Position numbers and translations under genes: made by a program
Assembly (NCBI GenBank): GCA_950097015.1
Contig: CATNEN010000038.1
Coordinates: 31,062,001 to 31,126,000, forward strand
Length of the DNA: 64,000 nucleotides
Reading direction: 5' to 3'
DNA from: Macrostomum hystrix
Lineage: Eukaryota > Animalia > Platyhelminthes
Notes under the pieces: model-generated
Told to the model about the DNA's origin: nothing
Databases searched by the model: none
Seen by the model: only the letters and a program-made list of their open reading frames with translations
Shown: in pieces, positions 23,601 to 34,737 of the stretch
Layout of the letters: each line of letters begins with the position of its first letter
How positions within the stretch are numbered: the first letter of the stretch is position 1

Positions 23601-26600
23601 GTTCCAGTCCTGTCTAACTAGTTCCAGTCCTGTCTAACTAGTTCCAGTCCTGTCTAACTAGTTCCAGTCCTGTCTAACTAGTTCCAGTCCTGTCTAACTA
23701 GTTCCAGTCCTGTCTAACTAGTTCCAGTCCTGTCTAACTAGTTCCAGTCCTGTCTAACTAGTTCCAGTCCTGTCTAACTAGTTCCAGTCCTGTCTAACAA
23801 GTTCCAGTCCTATCTAACTAGTTCCAGTCCTGTCTAACTAGTTCCAGTCCTGTCTAACTAGTTCCAGTCCTGTCTAACTAGTTCCAGTCCTGTCTAACTA
23901 GTTCCAGTCCTGTCTAACTAGTTCCAGTCCTGTCTAACTAGTTCCAGTCCTGTCTAACTAGTTCCAGTCCTGTCTAACAAGTTCCAGTCCTGTCTAACTA
24001 GTTCCAGTCCTGTCTAACTAGTTCCAGTCCTGTCTAACTAGTTCCAGTCCTGTCTAACTAGTTCCAGTCCTGTCTAACAAGTTCCAGTCCTATCTAACTA
24101 GTTCCAGTCCTGTCTAACTAGTTCCAGTCCTGTCTAACTAGTTCCAGTCCTGTCTAACTAGTTCCAGTCCTGTCTAACTAGTTCCAGTCCTGTCTAACTA
24201 GTTCCAGTCCTGTCTAACTAGTTCCAGTCCTGTCTAACTAGTTCCAGTCCTGTCTAACAAGTTCCAGTCCTATCTAACTAGTTCCAGTCCTGTCTAACTA
24301 GTTCCAGTCCTGTCTAACAAGTTCCAGTCCTGTCTAACTAGTTCCAGTCCTGTCTAACTAGTTCCAGTCCTGTCTAACAAGTTCCAGTCCTATCTAACTA
24401 GTTCCAGTCCTGTCTAACTAGTTCCAGTCCTGTCTAACTAGTTCCAGTCCTGTCTAACTAGTTCCAGTCCTGTCTGACTAGTTCCAGTCCTGTCTAACTA
24501 GTTCCAGTCCTGTCTAACTAGTTCCAGTCCTGTCTAACTAGTTCCAGTCCTGTCTAACTAGTTCCAGTCCTGTCTAACTAGTTCCAGTCCTGTCTAACTA
24601 GTTCCAGTCCTATCTAACTAGTTCCAGTCCTGTCTAACTAGTTCCAGTCCTATCTAACTAGTTCCAGTCCTGTCTAACTAGTTCCAGTCCTGTCTAACTA
24701 GTTCCAGTCCTGTCTAACTAGTTCCAGTCCTGTCTAACTAGTTCCAGTCCTGTCTAACTAGTTCCAGTCCTGTCTAACTAGTTCCAGTCCTGTCTAACTA
24801 GTTCCAGTCCTGTCTAACTAGTTCCAGTCCTGTCTAACTAGTTCCAGTCCTGTCTAACTAGTTCCAGTCCTGTCTAACTAGTTCCAGTCCTGTCTAACTA
24901 GTTCCAGTCCTGTCTAACTAGTTCCAGTCCTGTCTAACTAGTTCCAGTCCTGTCTAACTAGTTCCAGTCCTGTCTAACTAGTTCCAGTCCTGTCTAACTA
25001 GTTCCAGTCCTGTCTTGAAGGCCACAAAAAGCCATGTTTCATGGTACACATTAATCAGTAATAAATCCAATTCATTCACTTGCCAATCAGGTGGACTTCA
25101 ATCGAACCGCCGAAGCGCTTGAGCGCAATCAGGCGCTGGAGTTTGAACGCAACCAGGAACGCTTCCGCTTCCTGAAATGGGGTTCAAAAGCGTTTCGCAA
25201 CCTGCTCATTGTGCCACCTGGCTGTGGCATTGTGCACCAGATCAACCTGGAGTACCTGGCTCGCCTAGTCTTCAGTGACCAGTCGGTACTGTTTCCAGAC
25301 TCATTGGTTGGCACAGATTCGCACACAACCATGATCAACGGACTTGGCGTCCTCGGTTGGGGCGTCGGCGGTATCGAAGCGGAGGCCTGCATGCTGGGAC
25401 AGGCGATGGCGCTGCTGCTGCCCGAGGTGGTCGGTTACAAGTGAGTCTTTCTGAGTTTGCTTGATGGAAAATATAGATTCTAGATTCTAGATTCAGACCT
25501 CCATAGACAGATACAGCAAATCATGGCCATAGACATTCAAGGCGACCCCTAATAACACACAAAAACCTATTAGACAGCTTGCAATTTTCACCTGCATTGC
25601 AGACTCACTGGCACCCTGTCGCCACTCGCCACCTCAACTGACCTAGTGCTGACCATCACCAGTCACCTTCGTCGCTTGAATGTGGTCGGCAAATTTGTTG
25701 AATTCTTCGGTCCCGGCACAGGCAGTTTGAATATTGCGGACCGGGCCACCATCGCCAACATGTGCCCGGAGTACGGAGCCACCTGCGGCTTCTTCCCGGT
25801 GGATGGAGCATCGTTGGCTTACCTGAGACAGACTGGACGCAGCGAGCAGACCCTGGCTCTTGTTGAGGCCTACTTGCGGGCTAATCACCTGTTCCGTGAC
25901 TATGGCAACGCTGAACAGGTGAGCTTGGTTGAGACACTGGTTGGGCCAGACGTACAACCAGTGTCACAGACTCAAACTTAAACTGGCAGGTCTTTGACCC
26001 CACGGGAGCCCTTATTAATAGCACAGAATCTAGGGGAAGAGTGGAGTGGAGACACGGTCGCGTGAGTTTCTATCAAGGACCACAAGGAGTAGAAGTGCTG
26101 GAAACTACGTTTCTTAGCAAAAATCTAAGGCTAGTTTTCGCGAAAAAAAATACTCTACGGAGATAGGAATTTTCTTTTTTTCAGATTCAAATGCTGACAG
26201 CTTTTGGTGCAGCTTTGTATCTGCTTCCAATCAAAAGCTGTCAGCATTTAAATCAGAAAAAGTGAACATTTCCTATCTCCCTTTTTTCGCAAAAACCGAA
26301 AGTGGTCCTTGGTTTCTATTAATAGGAACTGACGTCATTGCTTCAGTGACGTCACCTATACGTAGCACAAACGAAATAGCGAGAATCCTAGGACAATTAG
26401 ACTTGCAGCTAAAAATAGAACATGAATCATAAATGGTCGCTCATTGGACCACAGATAGAATCTATTTTCCATTCGTCAGGATCCGGAATTCAGCCAGGTC
26501 GTGGAGCTTGACCTTGGCCAGGTCGTGCCCTGCCTAGCCGGGCCGAAGCGTCCGCACGACAAGGTGGCCGTGGCTGACATGAAGGCCGCCTTTGAGACCG

Positions 26601-29600
26601 CCCTCACCGCCAAGGTGGGCTTCAGCGGCTACGGCCTGCCATCCGAGCGCATCGCTCAGAGCGCCAACTTCCGCTACGATGGCGGCGACTATTCGCTGAC
26701 CCACGGCGACGTTGTGATTGCCGCCATCACTTCCTGCACCAACACCAGCAATCCGTCCGTGATGCTGGGCGCCGGGCTGCTAGCCAAGAAGGCAGTCGAA
26801 GCTGGCTTGTCGGTGAAGCCATTCTGCAAGACCAGCCTATCGCCAGGCTCCGGTGTGGTGACATTCTACCTGGAGCGAAGCGGCCTGACGCCCTATCTGG
26901 AACGGCTCGGCTTTTCCATCGTTGGCTTCGGCTGCATGACTTGCATCGGCAACAGCGGCCAGCTGGACGCCTGCGTCGGCGAGGCCATCGAGTCCGCTGA
27001 CCTGGTTGTGGCCGGAGTTCTGTCTGGAAATCGCAACTTTGAAGGTCGAATTCACCCGCTGACTAGAGCTAACTACCTGGCTAGCCCGCCGCTAGTGATT
27101 GCCTACGCACTGGCTGGTACAGTGCGCATCGACTTTGAAACTCAGGTGAGATAGGATACCTGTACTCAATGATTGATGGACCAGATAGGATACCTGTACT
27201 CAATGATTGATGGACCAGATAGGATACCTGTACTCAATGATTGATGGACCAGATAGGATACCTGTACTCAATGATTGATGGACCAGATAGGATACCTGTA
27301 CTCAATGATTGATGAACCAGATAGGATACCTGTACTCAATGATTGATGGACCAGATAGGATACCTGTACTCAATGATTGATGGACCAGATAGGATACCTG
27401 TACTCAATGATTGATGGACCAGATAGGATACCTGTACTCAATGATTGATGGACCAGATAGGATACCTGTACTCAATGATTGATGAACCAGATAGGATACC
27501 TGTACTCAATGATTGATGGACCAGATAGGATACCTGTACTCAATGATTGATGGACCAGATAGGATACCTGTACTCAATGATTGATGGACCAGATAGGGTA
27601 CCTGTACTCAATGATTGATGAACCAGATAGGATACCTGTACTCAATGATTGATGGACCAGATAGGATACCTGTACTCAATGATCGGTCACTTGTACCAGG
27701 TACGCAGGTGTACGAGCTCCAAAAATGTGTAGTAAAAACTTCTCTGTTTATCCGTTCACCCAGCCTCTGGGCAAGAACGCCCACGGTTCTGACGTCTACC
27801 TGCGCGACATCTGGCCCAGCCGGGCAGAAGTCGACGATCTGGAGCGTCGCTTCTTACTGCCGTCGATGTTCAAGGAGGTCTACGACAAGATTGCGGACGG
27901 CACGCCGCGGTGGAACGCACTGGAGACACCGGAATGCGCCCTGTATCCGTGGGACGATGCGTCGACGTACATTCGCAGCCCGCCATTCTTTGCCGGCATG
28001 ACTAGGGAGCTGCCGACTGTGCAGGACATCAAGGATGCCAGGGTGCTGCTGAATCTAGGTGAGAGAGCGCCTTTGAACTTGGTAGGATAGCTGCCTGAGG
28101 ATCTGCCAAAGTACCTGACGATTTTTTAGATTATTGAAGGTTCTCAAAGAGTACGTGAGAATTTAAAATAATACCTGGGGATCTGAGAAAGTACCTGAGG
28201 ATTTGGGAGAGTACCGGAGGATCTGAGAAAGTACCTGAGGATTTGGGAGAGTACCGGAGGATCTGAGAAAGTACCTGAGGATTTGGGAGAGTACCGGAGG
28301 ATCTGAGAAAGTACCTGAGGATTTGGGAGAGTACCGGAGGATATGGGAAAGTACCTGAGGATTTGGTAGAATATCTGAGGATTTGGGAGAGTACCTGAGG
28401 ATCAGGGAAAGTACCTGAGGATCTGAGAAAATATCTGAGGAACTGGGAAAGTACCTGAAGATTTGGGAGAGTAATTGAGGATTTTGTATAATACCTGAGG
28501 ATTTTGGATAATACCTGAGGATTTTGTATAATACCTGAGGATCTGGAATGATACCTGAGAATTAGGGGTGATACATGAGGATTAGGGATGATACCTGAGG
28601 ATTAGGGATGATACCTGAGGATTAGGGATGATACCTGAGGATTAGGGATGATACCTGAGGATTAGGGATGATACCTGAGGATTAGGGATGATACCTGAGG
28701 ATTAGGGATGATACCTGAGGATTAGGGATGATACCTGAGGATTAGGGGTGATACCTGAGAATTAGGGATGATACCTGAGGATTAGGGGTGATACCTGAGG
28801 ATTAGGGATGATACCTGAGGATTAGGGATGATACCTGAGGATTAGGGATGATACCTAAGGATTAGGGATGATACCTGAGGATTAGGGGTGATACCTGAGG
28901 ATTAGGGATGATACCTGAGGATTAGGGGTGATACCTGAGGATTAGGGATGATACCTGAGGATTAGGGGTGATACCTGAGGATTAGGGGTGATACCTGAGG
29001 ATTAGGGATGATACCTGAGGATCAGGGGTGATACCTGAGGATTAGGGATGATACCTGAGGATTAGGGGTGATACCTGAGGATTAGGGATGATACCTGAGG
29101 ATTAGGGGTGATACCTGAGGATTAGGGATGATACCTGAGGATTAGGGATGATACCTGAGGATTAGGGGTGATACCTGAGGATTAGGGGTGATACCTGAGG
29201 ATTAGGGGTGATACCTGAGGATTAGGGATGATACCTGAGGATTAGGGGTGATACCTGAGGATTAGGGATGATACCTGAGGATTAGGGGTGATACCTGAGG
29301 ATTAGGGATGATACCTGAGGATTAGGGGTGATACCTGAGAATTAGGGATGATACCTGAGGATTAGGGGTGATACCTGAGGATTAGGGATGATACCTGAAG
29401 ATTTAGGTAATACCTAAGGTATAAGGTAATAACTGAGGTTTTTGGATAATACTTAAGGTTTTCGGAGCATATCTGAGGATCTGGGTGATCCATTTAAAGA
29501 GTATCTCAAAGAACAATTAACAATACATTAGCGATTTACCTCCTCATTCATCTAGGCGACTCAGTGACGACTGACCACATCAGTCCAGCGGGCAACATTG

Positions 29601-31005
29601 CTAGGAGCAGCCCAGCTGCCCAGTACCTCACTAGTCGGGGCATCCAACCCGCCCAGTTCAATTCCTATGGCTCCCGACGCGGCAACGATCAAATCATGGC
29701 TCGGGGCACTTTCGCCAATATTCGATTGGTCAACAAGCTCGTAGCCAATCCGGGCCCGCGAACCCTGCACCAGCCGGACGGCGAGGAGATGAGTATCTTC
29801 GATGCCGCCGAGCGCTACAGGGCCGAGGGAACTCCAGTGGTTATTCTGGCTGGCAAGGAGTATGGATCAGGTGAGCAGGTAGAAGAAACAGACAGACAGA
29901 TAGAAGAAACAGACAGACAGGTAGAAGAATCATACAGCCAGGTAGAAGAAACTTACAGGCCGTTAAAAGAAACATACAGACAGGTAGAAGAAACAGACAG
30001 ACAGGTAGAAGAATCATACAGCCAGGTAGAAGAAACTTACAGGCCGTTAAAAGAAACATACAGACAGGTAGAAGAAACAGACCGACAGGTAGAAGAATCA
30101 TACAGCCAGGTAGAAGAAACAGACAGACAGATAGAAGAAACAGACAGACAGGTAGAAGAATCATAGAGCCAGGTAGAAGAAACTTACAGGCCGTTAAAAG
30201 AAACATACAGACAGGTAGAAGAAACAGACAGCCAGGTAGAAGAATCATACAGCCAGGTAAAAGAAACAGACAGACAGGTAGAAGAATCATACAGCCAGGT
30301 AGAAGAAACTTACAGCCAGGTAGAAGAAACTTACAGACAGGTAGAAGAATCATACAGCCAGGTAGAAGGAACTTACAGACAGGTAGAAGAAACAGACAGA
30401 CAGGTAGAAGAATCATACAGCCAGTTAGAAGAAACTTACAGAGAGGTAGAAGAAACTTACAGACAGGTAGAAGAAACTTACAGACAGGTAGAAGGAACTT
30501 ACAGCCAGGTAGAAGAAACTTACAGCCAGTTAGAAGAAACTTACAGAGAGGTAGAAGAAACTTACAGACAGGTAGAAGAAACTTACAGCCAGGTAGAAGA
30601 AACTTACAGACAGGTAGAAGAAACAGACGGGTACCAGAAAATGCTTCCTCTGCAACCGCAGGCTCCTCCAGAGACTGGGCAGCCAAGGGTCCCTGGATGC
30701 TCGGTGTGCGAGCAGTCCTGGCCCAGAGCTACGAGAGAATCCACCGCTCCAACCTTGCCGGGATGGGCATAATACCGCTGCAGTTCCTGCCTGATCAGTC
30801 GGCCGAGTCGCTGGGATTTACCGGGCGAGAGTTGATTAGCGTCGCCGGACTGGCTGGCGACTCGTTGAAGCCCGGCTGCCAACTGCGCGTCACCACCGAC
30901 ATCGGCCTGGCGTTCGATGTCAAGTGTCGCTTCGATACCGAGGTCGAGCTAGAATATTATCGTCACGGTGGCATTCTGCAGTACATGATCAGGAAGCTAA
31001 TTTGA
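20652..31005 (+). CDS. ACO1: Cytosolic aconitate hydratase / iron regulatory protein 1, 8 exons, ~884 aa
   Basis: Exons 20652-20795, 22690-22914, 25091-25440, 25603-25918, 26480-27145, 27764-28058, 29556-29870, 30662-31005 join in frame (2655 nt). [49 protein letters not shown] and [10 protein letters not shown] (three Fe-S Cys), [20 protein letters not shown]; no mitochondrial presequence, no IRP2-type insertion. Confidence 0.97.
20824..22608. repeat. 24-bp minisatellite (AGCTAGAGTCGTGTCTAACAGCCT), ACO1 intron 1
   Basis: About 74 near-identical copies. Confidence 0.97.
22968..25014. repeat. 20-bp minisatellite (GTTCCAGTCCTGTCTAACTA), ACO1 intron 2
   Basis: About 100 near-identical copies. 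Confidence 0.97.
26074..26311. mobile_element. Fold-back MITE in ACO1 intron 4
   Basis: Nested IRs CAAGGACCAC/GTGGTCCTTG, GGAGATAGGAA/TTCCTATCTCC, AAATGCTGACAGCTTTT/AAAAGCTGTCAGCATTT. Confidence 0.65.
27149..27682. repeat. 34-bp minisatellite (AGATAGGATACCTGTACTCAATGATTGATGGACC), ACO1 intron 5
   Basis: About 15.5 copies starting at donor position +4. Confidence 0.96.
28095..29480. repeat. 20-bp minisatellite (ATACCTGAGGATTAGGGATG), ACO1 intron 6
   Basis: Homogeneous core 28560-29400 with degenerate flanks. Confidence 0.95.
29875..30628. repeat. 21-bp minisatellite (CAGGTAGAAGAAACAGACAGA and variants), ACO1 intron 7
   Basis: About 35 copies filling almost the whole intron. Confidence 0.95.
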
Positions 31006-32317
31006 CTCCCGTTTTAGAAAGTTTCGACAGTTTTAGACGTTAAAAACTGAATAACAGAGTGCAGAAATTAATTGGAGCTAAAAGGTGACTGTCAAGAAAA
31101 TTTTAAGTTGATTCTATTTTTAGAAAGAGCTTGTGCTTAAATTCTATTGGTCAATGAAGGTCAAGTTGCTGCTATTTTTAGAAAAGAGTTTACATGCTGA
31201 ATTTTGCTAAGAAGTCATTGATAAAAAATTCAACATAAAGTTTTACATTTTCAGTAGTCAACTATTTTGTAATAGCAATACTCGCGTTTATCATTCCGAA
31301 ACGAAACATGACATGTTTATTATAATCAGCAGCCGATCATAATCACTTTATCGATCGATTTACATCTTTTGAATTGAAGAATAAAACTTAAAACTTAGTC
31401 CAGGAATACCGTATTTTTTAGATCTTAAATAAATAGTAAAAATACAACAAAACTACGGATTATTTCTGGTCTGAAAGCAAACCCTTAGGACAATATAATA
31501 CAAGCATTAATTTTTTAACGATTGGTTTATTATGGAACGTATGAGTAACGTAACGTAACGATAGTCGAGTTTATAATATGAACAGTTACTTTATAATTTC
31601 CATTCTCAAAGTCCAACAGTACAAGTGTTTATGAGTTGTATGCATTATAGCAAAATAAAGTACAAGCAATCAGGTGATTACGTAATTTTTTTGTAATTTT
31701 GGTTGAATGAAGATTATTTTAAGCTTTCTGGATATATTTCAACTTGAGATAACACGGCCACCCGACTAGTGCCAAACAGAGTTCGAAATTACGATGAGAT
31801 TAGAGATTTAGTATTGGTGGAAGATCAACTAGATAGCACACGTTTTTAGTTTTTGTTAATATATGTACTTCTTTCTTTCTGAATTTAATTGGCAAAACGT
31901 TAAACAATTAGTAAATATGAATAGCAATTTTTTTATTTCTGTCATGCAGTAATTACTTCAACTGATTCTTGCAACAATGCCCAGACAGATAAATGATTTC
32001 ATTCTACAAAGTGAATGAAGGGGGCTTGCTTTGCTAGTCTATTATACTACTTTTATATCTACAGTGGACAACGTAGCTTGCTATTTGATATAAAATCCCT
32101 AGTTTTCATAGTTAGGAAATTAATAATTCTAAAACTTAGGATTTCAAATATAAATTGCAATAACGATGAGAAATTACCCCTGACAATGGGTACTATCTCC
32201 TGATTTCGTTGAATCGCTTTACTCTCTTTAGCCGAAGTACAACCATACACAACACAACAGCAGTAGATAACCCGTGAAAACCCAATATTACTTGTAGCTA
32301 ACACTTTAGTACACCAA

Positions 32318-32991
32318 CTAAATCAGTTTGCTGCTCCTGGCAGCTGCTGGAACAATGACCAGTTCTTCATCGTCGATAACGGCAGAGTCTAGACGCGGGT
32401 CGCCAGCTGGCTGGTTTAGTTCGGCATCGCTGCCTGCCAGCTCAAAGACAGCCAAGGCCTGGTCCAGCGCCAGCAAGCTTTCCCTGGCCGCGGGATCATC
32501 TTCAACGCTAAGACCAGCGAATTGCGGCGACATGAATTTAGCATCTGCCGACTTCGAAGCCACCACAATGACCTCCTCATCCGTGACAAGCTCCTCCGGG
32601 GCCAGCTCGAAGGCCTCATTATCCAAGCTCTCCCAGCCGAAGGACTCACCGTCGGCCTCTCTGGCTAGCAGGAAGGTGGACAAACGCTCGGCCTTCTTAC
32701 GGTTGTCGTCATCTTCGTTCGCCTGGCGATGCAGCCTCGGCTTGATGACGCTCAGTGTGGCCGTGGTTCGCTTGCCGAATCCACCGTTAGCATCGGCTTC
32801 GCGAATTCCTAGTTCGGCAAGTTTATCCTCGTCCTCGGACTCGTAGTCCGAATAGTCGCTGTCGACTATGGTGACCTCGTTTTCGTCGCTCTGAAACACG
32901 GTGGAGCCGTGCTGGTGTTGGTGCGGCTCGCGGACCTTCACCCAGCTGGATTGAGGCGTGACCGGCTCCTCCTGTTTCTTTTCTTGCCGCC

Positions 32992-33061
<70 letters not shown>

Positions 33062-33571
33062 ACCTGGCGGTGGTGGCGCTGGCGCAGTCTTTTTTTGATC
33101 TGCCTGCTTCTTATTCGGCTCGCTGCGCAGCGTAATGACTGACACCTGACGAATCTTTGCGTCCTGATCCTCCTGCTCAACCTGCTCAACGCTGGCAACA
33201 CCATTAGTGACGCTTGTATTGATAGCATCGGAAGTTTTCACGGAGGACTGGCTTGTACTCTGCCTGACACCGACAGCATGGTCAGTGCTGTCTCGAAGCT
33301 GCGGTTCTGCAGCCGCCGACATCGCAACGGACGCCTTGACGATGGGCTCAGGCCGCGTCTGTCGAGCCGCCGGAGAATTAGCAGCCGCAGGAACAGCCGG
33401 GGTAGTCGATGGCACCGCATCGTCATCTATTTTTTTGCGTCGATACTTGCCGTCTGAGTCGGCGGCGCGCCCGACGTCCTGACCGCTGTCGGCGGCAGCT
33501 GACGGCTGGTCCTGCAGATGCAGCTTGCCTTTCTGGCCCGAACGACCTCGTCGACAACAGAGACACTGCAT
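32318..33571 (-). CDS. Hypothetical 417-aa low-complexity protein with N-terminal Cys cluster and polyQ
   Basis: 1.25-kb ATG-initiated GC-rich ORF in AT-rich surroundings; MQCLCCRR start, ~23 Gln tract (32993-33061), acidic C-terminus; no recognised domain. Confidence 0.7.
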
Positions 33572-34134
33572 AGCGTCCTACTGTACTCAATACACAGTTT
33601 GTAAGGCCAAAAATGTGAATCTCTAAAGCCTGATTCAACTAGTCCTACATTTAATCTTTCATTTTTAAGGCTGCAGATTTTATAATATGATTCCGCTAGG
33701 CAGTGCATGACAGAAAGGCGCGTGCTCAATGAACAATGGCAATGATTCGGAATTCTTTCTTTTTACAAATGGCCACAGTGGCTGGAGTGTCAGATGGCTT
33801 GGCCAGAACATACCCCACAATGGACAATAGTTTTGCTTGGCCGTGGGGAGGGGTCAAAGCTGCAAGTTTGAAAGACGCCCTAGCAGTCTCCCTCTAGCTA
33901 CTCATTCAATGATATCTGCAGATGCTTTTTTGACCACAAAGAAATGAATTGTTTCGTCAATTATAATAGTCAACTAAAAAGGCCCACAAGTTTTATAGTT
34001 TCTACAGTGGAATGTTTGTCTTCAAGTCAAGCCTAAAAACTAGTTAAGAACAACCGTACCCTTAAAAGTCTTGGAAGGTCTGGGATTATGTTGGGTTGGT
34101 AGCATTTTTAAGGACAACCTTGGGCATTGCGGCT

Positions 34135-34280
34135 GTTTATTGGCTACAACAGCACACGGCGTGTCCCCTATTGGCTCAGAGTTATTGATCACGTGATGCT
34201 GCGCATGAGCGTCCAATAGGAACGGTCGAAGGGGTTAGAGAATGACGCCTGGGTAGGCAAAAGGGCGGACCAATCAGAGC
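34135..34280. promoter_or_regulatory. Cluster of CCAAT boxes plus an E-box; candidate promoter of the 417-aa gene
   Basis: ATTGG x2, CCAAT x2 and CACGTG within ~150 bp, ~600 bp upstream of the ATG. Confidence 0.3.
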
Positions 34281-34683
34281 CAGGCTAATTTCGTGAACGG
34301 AGGCTATGCGGAGGACAAACTACAACTTTTATTTTAGAAAACCGTACACAGAGTTTTCGTTTTGAATCGCAACAAGAGGAGCAATTATCTGTCAGTGTAT
34401 ATTTGTTGCTTCCGAAAGTAGTATTAAATATTTCAAAAAATGTGGCGAAATCATGCTGTCGAGAAACTAATCAAGAAACTAAGCAAGAATTTGTAAGGAT
34501 TACACAAAAATAAATTTTTTAAAATTGTCCTAATTAAGCGTTTAAAAAGTTAACTTTTTGTACACCGGAATAATATACGAAAATACGAGACGAGAGACGG
34601 GACAGTAAAATGCACACAGTAGTAACTAGCGTGTAAAATAGTCAACAAAAATACAGGTCAATTTAATTTCCAGAGCTTCAAAC

Positions 34684-34703
34684 TCATGCTTTAGCGTGCT
34701 GCG

Positions 34704-34737
<34 letters not shown>

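Noticed and set aside
9710-31005. Apparent iron/pterin theme (SLC46/HCP1-like, di-iron AGMO, IRP1)
   Set aside because: Mixed orientations, no IRE hairpin (CAGUGN loop) seen near the start codons, and chance neighbourhood is sufficient
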